DNA of 64,000 bases, taken from positions 17,751-81,750 of the forward strand of contig JBDRKL010000009.1 of NCBI GenBank assembly GCA_043814055.1. Direction: 5' to 3'. A program made the position numbers and the translations under genes. Each line of letters opens with the position of its first letter. Position 1 is the first letter of the stretch. This DNA comes from an archaeon (GTDB lineage Archaea; Undinarchaeota; Undinarchaeia; Undinarchaeales; JBDRKL01). Positions 37,096 to 47,116 of this stretch are shown one piece after another. The notes below the pieces were generated by a model. The model saw only the letters and a list, made by a program, of their open reading frames with translations, did no database searches and had not been told where the DNA came from.

Positions 37096-38454
37096 TCAAA
37101 ATTTAGTGGTTAGTATTTTTTGCTTTTTTGCATAGAGAGTGATAAGAAAGTTTAATTTTTGTTTCCATTTATGTGATTTAAAATCAGCAGGGTATATTTC
37201 TATAAGTTTGCTTTGAAACCCTAGTTTTTGATACAGAGGTAACTTAACCTCAATAGTTTTGATGTCATAAAATTCCTTTCCAGCAAGCCCCCAAATTTCA
37301 ACCCAGTGCTGTCCTATTTTAAAATCCGTACGAGATTTTGGGTCTGTTTTAGATTTGGATATTCTCACCCCAACTTGATGGGAAATGCCATTATAAAATA
37401 GCCAATTGTCAACAACACGCTCATAAGTAGAATTAACCATATGGCCATCTTTACATACTAATTTCTCTGTGTAACCGAATAGAGAGGCTCGTATAGGGAT
37501 ATTATATTCTTTTAGCCACCTTATTACAGAAGTAGAAGCAACTCCACAGGATAATGCAATCTCATAAGAAGATAGTTTATCATTTAAATACCATCCAATA
37601 AGCTCAGTTCTAGTAGGCTTATATGAATTAAATAATCGGGTCTCACTAGAGGTTCTTGATTCAACCCTATATCTTTTTAATAAGTTTGAAATGGACACAT
37701 CACTAATGTTGTACATATTTGCTATCTGGCATATAGAGAATCCCTTTTTAACATATAGGTCTTGCAATTCTTGTTTAATGGGGAACTTTGCGTCTTTTTT
37801 GAGATTTCGGGAACCCCCTTTTCGGATAGGTATACCATATTTTTTTAACCATCTAGCAACACTGCCCTTGGTAACTCTGCAGATTTTTGCAATTTTAATA
37901 GTTGATTGATGTTCATCTAGATACCACTGTTCTAATTCTTTTTTTGAAGGCACATACGATTTAAAAAGACGAGTTTCAATACCTTTTCTTGCTGTTATCC
38001 CATATTTTTTCAGATAATCGGCAATCGTAGATGGATCGATATTACATAGTTTTCCTATCTTCAAAACAGATAAACCTTGAACTAAATACCAATCTTGAAG
38101 TTCTTCTTGAGTAGGCATATGAGCATTTGATTTAAGATTTGCTTCAGAAGCAGAACGGATAGAGACTTTGTATTTTTTTAATAGGCGTCCAATAACTGAA
38201 CGGGATACACCATATTTTTTTGCTATTATTAGAGGATGTACTCTTTGTGTCAGATACATTGCCTCTAATTCACTTTTGGACGGAAGAACAACCCCTTCGT
38301 TTAAACGTGCCTCAGAGGGCGTCCTTACTAAATTTCTTTTTTTTAGAAATTGCCAAACAAAACCCTGAGAAACATTTAAGATTTTTGCAATCTCGTGTGT
38401 TGTTTTTCTTTTAGTTATATATAAGTCGATAATTTGTTTCTCATCAATTTCCAT
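37096..38454 (-). CDS. Six tandem HTH repeats fused to a putative PD-(D/E)xK-like endonuclease
   Basis: ~56-aa repeats (P.k.EL..wY.....S...IA....vs...v...LKKY.I.iR); C-terminal DGHMVNSTYE..VDNWL..NGI...TDF...WVEIWG; very AT-rich. Confidence 0.75.
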   Translation of the reverse strand: MEIDEKQIIDLYITKRKTTHEIAKILNVSQGFVWQFLKKRNLVRTPSEARLNEGVVLPSKSELEAMYLTQRVHPLIIAKKYGVSRSVIGRLLKKYKVSIRSASEANLKSNAHMPTQEELQDWYLVQGLSVLKIGKLCNIDPSTIADYLKKYGITARKGIETRLFKSYVPSKKELEQWYLDEHQSTIKIAKICRVTKGSVARWLKKYGIPIRKGGSRNLKKDAKFPIKQELQDLYVKKGFSICQIANMYNISDVSISNLLKRYRVESRTSSETRLFNSYKPTRTELIGWYLNDKLSSYEIALSCGVASTSVIRWLKEYNIPIRASLFGYTEKLVCKDGHMVNSTYERVVDNWLFYNGISHQVGVRISKSKTDPKSRTDFKIGQHWVEIWGLAGKEFYDIKTIEVKLPLYQKLGFQSKLIEIYPADFKSHKWKQKLNFLITLYAKKQKILTTKF

Positions 38455-38485
38455 ACTAAATACTCCACTTAGTTTTCAAACCTTA

Positions 38486-39097
38486 TTAATCCAATTCAAC
38501 CCCAAACCCTTTCAAATCCTCTTTGAGCTTTTCTGAATTTTCAAACAAAACCGCATTCATACCCAAAGATTTCGCAATATCAACAAACGCCTGAATATCG
38601 TCAATAAACAAAACCTCTTCTGGTTTAAGATTCAACTTGTCCAGCGCGAATTTGAAAAACTCAGGGTTGTCCTTGGTCATCTTCGCGTCAACTGATGCAA
38701 TGATTCCCTCTAGAAAATCAAACCAGCCCTGCTGAACCACGATGTCTTTGTGCTTCTGTATCGCGTTTGTGAGCGCGACAATTTTGTAATTCTTTTTGAG
38801 CTCAAGCGCGATTTCTTTAACCGACTCGTTCACCTTGACCATTTCAGCATAGTTCCAAACGAAGATTGCCTTGAGCAAGTCCAAATTCACGTCCTTGCCC
38901 ATGCGCTCGTTGAGCTTTTTCAAGAACTCTGTGCCGCTCATCTCGCCCCTGCACGCAGGGAGCGATTCCATGTTTATTATTTTCCAGAACTCAGGCTTGC
39001 CCTCTCCCTTTACCCCGTAGAACTCCGCGGCTTTTTCAAGAATCGGGCGCATGTCAAGCAATACACCGCCGATATCAAACATAATTGTAGTAATCAT
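38486..39097 (-). CDS. HAD-superfamily phosphatase
   Basis: FDIGGVL, LTNA, LFIDD motifs. Confidence 0.92.
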   Translation of the reverse strand: MITTIMFDIGGVLLDMRPILEKAAEFYGVKGEGKPEFWKIINMESLPACRGEMSGTEFLKKLNERMGKDVNLDLLKAIFVWNYAEMVKVNESVKEIALELKKNYKIVALTNAIQKHKDIVVQQGWFDFLEGIIASVDAKMTKDNPEFFKFALDKLNLKPEEVLFIDDIQAFVDIAKSLGMNAVLFENSEKLKEDLKGFGVELD

Positions 39098-40269
39098 TTA
39101 AACCCCAGGAGAATGTCCCGCGCGGTCTTTCCAACCTTTTTCAAATTTTCCTCCTTGCAGTAAACTCCAACATTCCAGTAGGCCCATTGCTCGTCCTTGA
39201 GCGACTTGAGCAGGAGCGACACATCCGTGAGCTTTACAGGCTTGCCCTTCTGCATTATGGTTGCCTCAGCCTCTTTTGGGTAGAGTGGCGGCGGAATGTC
39301 CAGGAGAACTTCGCCATCAGCCAACCCGCAGGTGTCTGTGAGCTCAATCTCAAGCGCGCGGAGCTTTTTTGACGTCAGGCTGATGAGCTTTTTGGGCGGT
39401 ATTCCAAAATCAGAAATCTCCAGCACTGCGGCGCGCTTGTAGAGCCGCCTTGATTCTATTCGCTCTATCATTTCGTTGTCAAGCGACCTGAGCTTTGCGA
39501 TTATACCAATGTCGTCCATTGCATAGAGCTCATCAACTGTGAATAAATTCTCGCGCAGGCAGGAAAGCACTGCGCTCGTGAACATTGAGTTTATTATACG
39601 CACTGTGTGATGCTCGTAGACATTCGGGTACATCAAGTACCTGCCCTGCACAAGCGACTCAGCTGCGGAGAGTCCGCCCTCTGCAAGCACTAGCTTGCGG
39701 TTGTAGAGCTTCAAGACGCTGAGCAGGCGGTCAATGTCAATCATCCCGTACGCAGCGCCTGTGTAATATGAATCGCGAACAAGATAGTCCATCCGGTCTA
39801 TGTCAATCTCACCAGAAAGGATTTCGCCGAGCTGGGTTTCTCCAGATACAATTTTTGCAATCTCGTCCGGCTTGAAACCGAGCTTTTTTATTAAATCCGC
39901 GAGCCTGCTCTTTTTTATCAGGTTAATGGTTTTCCCCTCGTGCTTGCCCTCGTCTCCGATATGCGCCTTTATGACATCCTCTGAAGTATGCGAAAGCGGG
40001 CCGTGGCCAACGTCGTGCAGGAGAGCGGCGAGCTTTATTTTCTCAGCAGCGTCCGTTTCAAGCTCAATGTTTTCCGCGAGCCTGCCCGCAAGATAGAAAG
40101 TTCCAAGAGAATGCTCAAAGCGGGTGTGCGTCGCTGTTGGGTAAACAAGGTATGTGAACCCGAGCTGCTTGATGTTCCGAAGGCGCTGCATCTGAGGCGA
40201 GTCCAGCATTTCAATCTCACCATCTGAGACTTTTATGTTGCCATGCACTGCGTCGCGTATCGTTTTCAT
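39094..40269 (-). CDS. HD-domain phosphohydrolase (SAMHD1/dNTPase-like)
   Basis: IRDAVHG, QRLRNIKQLG, HTRFEHSLG, LLHDVGHGPLSH, DRMDYLVRD. Confidence 0.93.
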   Translation of the reverse strand: MKTIRDAVHGNIKVSDGEIEMLDSPQMQRLRNIKQLGFTYLVYPTATHTRFEHSLGTFYLAGRLAENIELETDAAEKIKLAALLHDVGHGPLSHTSEDVIKAHIGDEGKHEGKTINLIKKSRLADLIKKLGFKPDEIAKIVSGETQLGEILSGEIDIDRMDYLVRDSYYTGAAYGMIDIDRLLSVLKLYNRKLVLAEGGLSAAESLVQGRYLMYPNVYEHHTVRIINSMFTSAVLSCLRENLFTVDELYAMDDIGIIAKLRSLDNEMIERIESRRLYKRAAVLEISDFGIPPKKLISLTSKKLRALEIELTDTCGLADGEVLLDIPPPLYPKEAEATIMQKGKPVKLTDVSLLLKSLKDEQWAYWNVGVYCKEENLKKVGKTARDILLGFK

Positions 40270-40400
40270 GGTAAAAAGTAGTGTATTTGCTTATTTATAC
40301 CCTCCTAGAAAAACAAAAAGCTTAAAAACAATCAAGTATAGACATACTGCGTTAGGACACTTTTTCTCAAAGTTAGTCCACTGAGCGGGAGAATAATCAA

Positions 40401-40475
40401 ATGGCACAACAAAGCCTGACAAGGCACACCAGCTTTGTGTGGATTTCAAAGCTGGATAAAAAGGAGGAACTTTGA
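40401..40475 (+). promoter_or_regulatory. Mini-ORF/hairpin cassette D (24 codons) upstream of slyD
   Basis: MAQQSLTRHTSFVWISKLDKKEEL; TGA-A-ATG junction; ATTTCAAAG/CTTTGAAAT stem around GGAGG. Confidence 0.6.
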
Positions 40476-40476
40476 A

Positions 40477-41190
40477 ATGGCAGAAAAGATACAGGAAGGG
40501 GATTTCATCACAATAGATTACATTGGGCGTGTCAAGGACACGGGAATGATTTTTGACCTCACGAATGAGGAGATTGCGAAAAAGGAAGGCCTGAACACAG
40601 AGGGTACGGTTTACGGCCCTGTCACGGTTGTTGTAGGAGCTAGGCATGTTGTGCCTGGGCTTGACAAACAGCTCAGCTCGCTCAGCGTGGGGGAGAAGAA
40701 AAAGATTGACATTGAATCAGCTGATGCATTCGGCAGCAAGGACGCTGAACTCGTGAAGCTCGTTCCAATGAATGTTTTCAAGAGGCAGAAGGTGAACCCG
40801 ATTCCGGGAATGCCTGTTGAGCTTGAAAGGCAGAAGGGAATTGTGAAATCAGTGAGCGGCGGCCGCGTTAAAGTGGATTTCAATCACCCGCTTGCTGGAA
40901 AAACACTGGAATATGAGGTTGAGGTCAAGGGAAAAATAATCAAGGCTGAGGAGCAGGTTAGAAGCATACTCAAACTGCACGTGCCAAGTGTTGAAATTAA
41001 GGACGTCAAGATAGCGGTTACGGAAAAAGAAGTTGAAATTAGCACGCCGAATGAGATGCAAACCAGAAGGTATATAAACCTAACAGAGGAAATAACTGCA
41101 CGAGATATACTTAAGTACGTCAAGGGGGCAAATCGCGTGCGGTTTGTTGATGTATTTGAAAAGGGAGAATCTAATATTAAAAACTCTTAG
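40477..41190 (+). CDS. slyD: Long-type FKBP peptidyl-prolyl isomerase
   Basis: DYIGRVKDTG, GGRVKVDFNHPLAGKTL. Confidence 0.93.
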   Translation: MAEKIQEGDFITIDYIGRVKDTGMIFDLTNEEIAKKEGLNTEGTVYGPVTVVVGARHVVPGLDKQLSSLSVGEKKKIDIESADAFGSKDAELVKLVPMNVFKRQKVNPIPGMPVELERQKGIVKSVSGGRVKVDFNHPLAGKTLEYEVEVKGKIIKAEEQVRSILKLHVPSVEIKDVKIAVTEKEVEISTPNEMQTRRYINLTEEITARDILKYVKGANRVRFVDVFEKGESNIKNS

Positions 41191-41202
41191 AGGGAGGAAA
41201 AA

Positions 41203-42300
41203 ATGAAGCTTATGAAACATGAAGAGGGCACTGGTAAACTTTATCAGATGCCGTCAAATCCTAACTTGGAAGACCTTGTAAGGACAAAGAGAACTTCCAT
41301 AAAAGTTATAGGAGCAGGCGGAGCAGGAAACAACACAATCAACCGATTGATGGACATTGGTGTGGAAGGAGCAGACTGCATCGCAATCAACACAGACGCG
41401 CAGGACCTGCTTTACACCAACGCACACAGCAAGGTACTCATAGGCAAAGAGATTACCGGCGGGCTTGGAGCTGGAAGCGACCCACAGGTTGGCGCTGAAG
41501 CGGCCAAGGAAGATGAGAAGGAACTTAAGGAAGTTCTTCATGGCGCAGACCTTGTTTTTGTCACATGCGGTCTTGGCGGCGGAACCGGAACAGGCAGCGC
41601 GCCAATTATCGCAGAGCTTGCAAAGAAGACCAAGGCGCTCACAATTGGAATCGTAACACTGCCGTTCAGCATTGAAGGCGCTGTCCGATGGGAAAACGCA
41701 CAGGCAGGACTCAGCGCGCTGCGCGAGAACACAGACACAGTTATTGTAATACCAAACGACAAGCTTCTTGAAATTGTCCCTGAACTTCCACTCAATGCAG
41801 CCTTCAAGGTTGCGGATGAGATTCTTGTGAACGCAGTGCGCGGAATCACTGAACTCGTCACTAAGGAAGGACTCGTGAACTTGGACTTCGCTGACATAAG
41901 GACAATAATGAGAGACGGCGGAACCGCGATGATAGGCCTTGGCGAGTCAGATACCGAGGAGAAAGCAAGGGACGCTGTTGAGAAAGCACTTACAAACCCG
42001 CTTCTGGACATTGACATCACTGGCGCAAAGGGCGCACTGATAAATGTCATCGGCGGCTCTGACATGACCCTGCAGGATGCGCGGGTTGTGATGGAAGCAG
42101 TTTCAGACAAGCTTGACTCGAATGCACGGATAATCTGGGGCGCACGAATTGACCCAGATCTTCAGAACCTTATGCGAGTCATGCTGGTTGTCACAGGACT
42201 GAAACAGCAGAAGCAGATTCTCGGCCCAGAGGGCGTTGAGGAAAAAAAGGTTTACAGAAGCAAGATGGAGAAGGAATACGGCATCGAGTTCGTCGGATAA
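41203..42300 (+). CDS. ftsZ: Cell division protein FtsZ
   Basis: [25 protein letters not shown]. Confidence 0.98.
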   Translation: MKLMKHEEGTGKLYQMPSNPNLEDLVRTKRTSIKVIGAGGAGNNTINRLMDIGVEGADCIAINTDAQDLLYTNAHSKVLIGKEITGGLGAGSDPQVGAEAAKEDEKELKEVLHGADLVFVTCGLGGGTGTGSAPIIAELAKKTKALTIGIVTLPFSIEGAVRWENAQAGLSALRENTDTVIVIPNDKLLEIVPELPLNAAFKVADEILVNAVRGITELVTKEGLVNLDFADIRTIMRDGGTAMIGLGESDTEEKARDAVEKALTNPLLDIDITGAKGALINVIGGSDMTLQDARVVMEAVSDKLDSNARIIWGARIDPDLQNLMRVMLVVTGLKQQKQILGPEGVEEKKVYRSKMEKEYGIEFVG

Positions 42301-42335
42301 AGCCGCACTCGTTCCCTGACCCTTTTTGAGACCAG

Positions 42336-42491
42336 ATGAGGAAAATAAGAGATTATCTGCGCATATTGAAAGTGGCAAAGAAGCCCACGTTTACCGAGTA
42401 CAAAACAATCCTGAAGGTTACGGGCATCGGCGTCATAATCATAGGCGCAATCGGCTTTGCAGTAAGAATGCTGGCCAATCTCATAAAATAG
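42336..42491 (+). CDS. secE: Protein translocase SecE/Sec61-gamma (not in the ORF track)
   Basis: Manual translation: MRKIRDYLRILKVAKKPTFTEYKTILKVTGIGVIIIGAIGFAVRMLANLIK. Confidence 0.93.
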   Translation: MRKIRDYLRILKVAKKPTFTEYKTILKVTGIGVIIIGAIGFAVRMLANLIK

Positions 42492-42500
42492 GTGATTTCT

Positions 42501-43046
42501 TTGGGAATATACGCGATACGAACAACTGCAAACAAGGAAAAGAATGTTGCGAGCAAGCTAGTTGACCGTATCGAGAGGGATAAGTTCCCGATTAGTTCAA
42601 TAATCGTGCCTGGCTTGAAGGGCTACGTCCTCGTTGAGGGGGACAAGCAGGATATTGACAAGGCATACCGCGGAGTTGCGCACGCGCGCGGCCTCGTGGA
42701 AGGCGAGACAAGTGTCAACGAAATTGAGCACTTCCTAGCGCCAAAACCGGCTGCAACATCGCTTGAGGAGGGCTACACCATTGAAGTAACGTCCGGGCCG
42801 TTCAAGGGTGAGAAGGCAAAGATAATCAAGGTGGACAACACCAAGAATGAAGTCACTATTGAACTGCTTGAGGCAACAGTTCCGATTCCAATCACAGTCC
42901 CTGCTGAATCCGTGCGAGTGCTTGAGAGAGAGGGAAAAGAGAAGAAAGACGGCGCAGAGGAAGCAGAAGAGAAAAAAGGAAAAGCTGATAAAGAAGAAAA
43001 GACAGAGGAGATAGAACCTGAGACGATTGATCCGTTTAAACTTTAG
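42501..43046 (+). CDS. spt5: Transcription elongation factor Spt5
   Basis: NGN domain (KGYVLVEG) plus KOW (SGPFKGEKA); start (TTG) approximate. Confidence 0.95.
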   Translation: MGIYAIRTTANKEKNVASKLVDRIERDKFPISSIIVPGLKGYVLVEGDKQDIDKAYRGVAHARGLVEGETSVNEIEHFLAPKPAATSLEEGYTIEVTSGPFKGEKAKIIKVDNTKNEVTIELLEATVPIPITVPAESVRVLEREGKEKKDGAEEAEEKKGKADKEEKTEEIEPETIDPFKL

Positions 43047-43048
43047 AA

Positions 43049-43837
43049 ATGGTAGAAAAAATTAAGTCACTTGTTGAGGGAGGCAAGGCATCCGCCGGAC
43101 CTCCGCTTGGCCCTGCGCTGGGACCTCTAGGAGTGCCCATAAACAAGGTGATTGAAGCCATTAACGAGAAGACCAAAGACTACAAGGGGATGCAGGTTCC
43201 TGTTACTGTTTCTGTTGACCCGAAGACAAAGGCTTTTGAAATTGAAGTCGGCTCACCTCCTGTTTCAGCATTGATAAAAAAAGAACTCAACCTGGATAAG
43301 GGCTCAGGAAGCCCGAAGAGCGAGAAGGTCGCGAACATGGCTATTGAGCAGGCAATCAAGATTGCAAAGATGAAGGAAGACGCGATTCTTGCAAAGGACC
43401 TAAAAGCCCGCGTCAAATGCGTTATTGGCACTTGCGTTTCAATGGGAGTACTTGTTGAAGGGAAAACCCCGCAGGAAACTACTGCAGATATCAACGCGGG
43501 AATTTATGATCAACCAATTTCTGAGGTAAGGACTGAAGCGAGCGCAGAGAAGCTGGCAAAGCTTGAAGCACAGAAGAAGGAGCTCGCTGCGGCAGCTGCA
43601 AAGGCACATGAGGAAGAGGAAAAGAAGGGCAAGGATATTCTGGAGAGCATGAAGAACAAGGACAAGGCAGATATCCGCGCTGCGATGAAGGCAGAAGGAC
43701 TAAGCACTGCGATAGTAATGAAGCTCGTGCCGGAAGATGTGGTTGTAGCCGAGGGTGCAGAAGGCGCGGCAGCCGAGGGCGAGAAGAAGGAAGGAGCAGC
43801 AGCTCCGGCAAAAGAAGAGAAGAAGAAAGAAGAATAA
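43049..43837 (+). CDS. rpl11: 50S ribosomal protein uL11 with ~100-aa C-terminal extension
   Basis: GGKASAGPPLGPALGP, GTCVSMG. Confidence 0.96.
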   Translation: MVEKIKSLVEGGKASAGPPLGPALGPLGVPINKVIEAINEKTKDYKGMQVPVTVSVDPKTKAFEIEVGSPPVSALIKKELNLDKGSGSPKSEKVANMAIEQAIKIAKMKEDAILAKDLKARVKCVIGTCVSMGVLVEGKTPQETTADINAGIYDQPISEVRTEASAEKLAKLEAQKKELAAAAAKAHEEEEKKGKDILESMKNKDKADIRAAMKAEGLSTAIVMKLVPEDVVVAEGAEGAAAEGEKKEGAAAPAKEEKKKEE

Positions 43838-43868
43838 TTATAAATACTTCTCAGGATTATTCGGTTCT

Positions 43869-44279
43869 ATGGCAGAATTACTTGGACTTGCTTGGGACGC
43901 CTGGCTTATGGGCATTATAGTTATCGTATTGTCAGTCGTGACTGCGTACATTTTCATATGGAAAGTCGTGGGCGCGCTGAGGCAGTACCTTGACCGCTAT
44001 ATTGGCGACCACAAGCTGAGCGATGCGCTGATAAGGCTGCTCGGACTCTCAATACTGTTCAGCGCGCTTGACATTGGCTTTAACAATCTGCAGATACAAT
44101 ATATTTCAACCGTGCTTGAGCCCATCATAGACGTTGCGCTGATGGCACTGAGCATGCTCCGCTGGGGCGTTTACATAGCCGCCCTGCTGTTCATTGGGTT
44201 TGCAATATACCACGCGTCCACTAAAACAAAGGGAGCAGAACCAGCAGCTCAACAGCAGTACCAGCAACCACAGCAATAG
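43869..44279 (+). CDS. Small membrane protein
   Basis: Three hydrophobic helices; Gln-rich tail. Confidence 0.6.
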   Translation: MAELLGLAWDAWLMGIIVIVLSVVTAYIFIWKVVGALRQYLDRYIGDHKLSDALIRLLGLSILFSALDIGFNNLQIQYISTVLEPIIDVALMALSMLRWGVYIAALLFIGFAIYHASTKTKGAEPAAQQQYQQPQQ

Positions 44280-44361
44280 AATTTGTGGACAAAGAGCCTA
44301 CTTTATGGACTGACTCCTTTTATTCATAAAGATTAAATAAGCATATTTGTTATGTAAGGAT

Positions 44362-45228
44362 ATGAAAAAGTTATCAAAAATTCTATTGATAATAGGTATT
44401 ATATTACTTATTCTTTCTATTGGAGCTATACTTCAAGCAACAAAATTTGTTTCTGAAGCAAAATCTATGCTTGAATCTAGAGACGCACAAGAAATTGAGT
44501 TATATTCTCCGGGGGAGATAGCAGAAGCGGAACTGAGCTGTTCATGGAGTGCAGATACAATGTTTAAACAACCGAACGAGGTAGTTAATATTATTACTGA
44601 AGAAGAAGCTAAAGATTATCTAGAATCTTATTATGCAAATACTATTTCTAGGGTTAAAAGTCAACCATTACTTCAATATTTCTCTTCGATTACCCTACTT
44701 GAAAGAGATAGTGATATCTTTGTCAAGATTGATAACAATCTTTGTTCAAAATTATTTCCAATAACTGGTTTCAAATTTGAAGGAAAGTATGGTAATAGCA
44801 TTGTAAATAGTTATTTAGTCACTAAAGCCGGAGAAGTATATCAGTATAATCTAAATAAAGATAATTGTGTTGAATCTTACTTAGAACATTGTTTATCTAA
44901 CACTGAAAATGAAAAGCTAGAACCTCTCGTTCCTTTAATCTCTACAGTGATTATAGAAGAAGATGTAATTCGAGATGTAGAAACTAGAATCGCTCCTAGC
45001 AAAACAGCAGTAGATAATAATTGTATGTTTATAGATTATTCAGATATTCAAAAAGAGATTGCAGAAATAAGGGAGTCTAAAGGTTACATTGTAACTTTAA
45101 CTATACGAGGAGACATAGAAAAAAGGGTTTATGATTGGGGCTCATGCCAACCTGTTGAAATAAGGTCAATTTGCGGAGCTCATGAATGGCAGTGTATTAA
45201 TGTTAAAGAAGTTATAGGTGTCGTATAA
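44362..45228 (+). CDS. AT-rich membrane-anchored/exported hypothetical protein
   Basis: N-terminal signal anchor; paired cysteines; composition differs from flanking genes. Confidence 0.65.
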   Translation: MKKLSKILLIIGIILLILSIGAILQATKFVSEAKSMLESRDAQEIELYSPGEIAEAELSCSWSADTMFKQPNEVVNIITEEEAKDYLESYYANTISRVKSQPLLQYFSSITLLERDSDIFVKIDNNLCSKLFPITGFKFEGKYGNSIVNSYLVTKAGEVYQYNLNKDNCVESYLEHCLSNTENEKLEPLVPLISTVIIEEDVIRDVETRIAPSKTAVDNNCMFIDYSDIQKEIAEIRESKGYIVTLTIRGDIEKRVYDWGSCQPVEIRSICGAHEWQCINVKEVIGVV

Positions 45229-45403
45229 TCTATCTTATACTCCCCCCATAGCGCAACAGGGCAAAAGGAATGCTTAACTAATTCTGTTTAAAAAGTGACA
45301 CTTGTTTTCGACTTATTAAACAAAGCTGTAGCAATAGAAACCTTTAAAAAGGTCTTGCTACATTAGAATAGCTCACCACTAACTGCTTCGGCAGTAGGAC
45401 AAC

Positions 45404-46141
45404 ATGGAAGTTAAAGAAATCGTTGAATCCGTAAAGGCAGCCCGTGACGGCGCCAAAAAGCGAGGTTTTATCCAATCCTTCGACCTAGCCCTGAATCTAA
45501 AAGGCTTGGACTTGAAGAAGCCAGAGGGCAAGATTAAGGAAGAGGTTGTTCTCCCGCACGGCCGCGGAAAAAATATTACTGTTGCAGCTTTTGTTGAGGG
45601 TGAAGTCGCTGAAAGCGCGAAGAAAGCTGGCATTGAAACGCTCATAAACAAGGCAAAACTCTCTGAGCTCGGCGCGAACAAGAAGGAAGCAAAGAAGTTG
45701 TGCTCAAATTTTGATTTTCTCATAGCCCAGCCAGACCTAATGGCTGAGGTAGGCAAGAACCTTGGCGCTATTCTCGCGCCGAGGGGAAAAATGCCAAAAC
45801 CAGTCCCGCCAAAAGGAGACCTGAAACCAGTTCTTGAAAGGCTCAAGCGGCTCGTGAACCTTCAGAATAAGGGTCAGCCTGTAGTTCACTGCCTGGTCGG
45901 AATTGAAACAATGGAAGATATGCAGATTGCGCAGAACATTGAGGCGGTTTACAATGCAGTCACCAAAAAGCTTCCGCGTGGCGATGCCAACATAAAGTCC
46001 GCGCACGTCAAGCTCACAATGGGCCACGCAGCCAGAATTGGCGGCGAAACCGCAATGAGCAAGGCAGGCGCAGAGGAGTCAAAAACTATTAACCACGAAC
46101 TACCAACTACAAACTCCAAAAAGGATGGTGATTTAAAATGA
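45404..46141 (+). CDS. rpl1: 50S ribosomal protein uL1
   Basis: FIQSFDL, LPHGRG, LAPRGKMP, KLTMG. Confidence 0.97.
   Translation: MEVKEIVESVKAARDGAKKRGFIQSFDLALNLKGLDLKKPEGKIKEEVVLPHGRGKNITVAAFVEGEVAESAKKAGIETLINKAKLSELGANKKEAKKLCSNFDFLIAQPDLMAEVGKNLGAILAPRGKMPKPVPPKGDLKPVLERLKRLVNLQNKGQPVVHCLVGIETMEDMQIAQNIEAVYNAVTKKLPRGDANIKSAHVKLTMGHAARIGGETAMSKAGAEESKTINHELPTTNSKKDGDLK
46084..46118 (+). repeat. Five degenerate heptamer tandem repeats in the rpl1 tail
   Basis: AACTATT AACCACG AACTACC AACTACA AACTCCA. Confidence 0.7.
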
Positions 46142-47091
46142 GAGACGGCACAGTACCAGAGTGGAAAATAAAGGCCGTGTCCGACCTCGCCAACCTAATC
46201 AAGGAGTACCCAGTGGTGTGCGCGATAAACCTGCAGGGGCTTCCAGCAAAGCAGTTAGTCAAGATAAAGCAGAGCTTTGGCGAAGACGCGACTGTAAAGA
46301 TGGCCAAGAAGAGCATACTCATCCGTGCGCTTGCCAATGTAAAGATGGATGAGCTAACTGATTATTTCAAGGACCAGCCAGCACTCTTGCTTTCAAAGGT
46401 TGGCCCTTTCAAGCTCTCAAGGAAAATTCAGGACTCCAAGGTCAGCGCGGCTGCAAAAGCAGGCGACATCGCACCGAAAGACATTATAATTCCAGCAGGC
46501 GAAACCAGCTTTGCACCAGGACCAATAGTCAGCGAGCTCAACAAAGCAGGAATCGCTGCATCAATTGAGGGTGGAAAAGTTGTTATCAAGAAAGAATCCG
46601 TGATTGCAAAGAAGGGCGCCAAGATTACCAAGCTGCAGGCTAATACTATGACCAAAATGCAGATTGAGCCAATGGAAATTGGGCTTGACCTGGTTGCTGC
46701 TTATGAAGACGGAAGGATATACAATTCAGACGTGCTCGCGATTAACACCGAGCAGGTGCTGGGTAACATGCAGCTTGCGAAGATTAGCGCGTTCAATTTG
46801 GCTTTCTACATTACGTACCCGACAAAAGACAACATTGAGATGTTCATTGCAAAAGCTTTCAGGGAGGCGAAGTCGCTTGCAACTGAGGCGAACTTTATGT
46901 GCCCTGCAACAGCAAAGGATCTGCTTGCCAAGGCCAATGCGCAGGCAAATAATTTGAAGGCGAAATTGCCGGATGTTCCGGCAGCTCCAGCTGAAGAAAA
47001 GAAAGAGGAAACTGCTGAAGAGCCTAAAACCGAAGAAGTGAAGGAAGAAGCAAAGCCTGAAGAAGAGAAACCCGCAGAAGAGAAGAAATAA
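46138..47091 (+). CDS. rplP0: 50S ribosomal protein uL10 (P0)
   Basis: VPEWK, AKAGDIAPKDI, TSFAPGP, IEPMEIGL. Confidence 0.96.
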   Translation: MRDGTVPEWKIKAVSDLANLIKEYPVVCAINLQGLPAKQLVKIKQSFGEDATVKMAKKSILIRALANVKMDELTDYFKDQPALLLSKVGPFKLSRKIQDSKVSAAAKAGDIAPKDIIIPAGETSFAPGPIVSELNKAGIAASIEGGKVVIKKESVIAKKGAKITKLQANTMTKMQIEPMEIGLDLVAAYEDGRIYNSDVLAINTEQVLGNMQLAKISAFNLAFYITYPTKDNIEMFIAKAFREAKSLATEANFMCPATAKDLLAKANAQANNLKAKLPDVPAAPAEEKKEETAEEPKTEEVKEEAKPEEEKPAEEKK

Positions 47092-47116
47092 ATACATAAA
47101 GACCTATTTTTAGGAT

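Noticed and set aside
45241-45360. CAAAGCTG and AAACCTTTAAAAAGGT upstream of rpl1 as another cassette
   Set aside because: No CAGCTT arm and no coupled mini-ORF; more likely promoter sequence.
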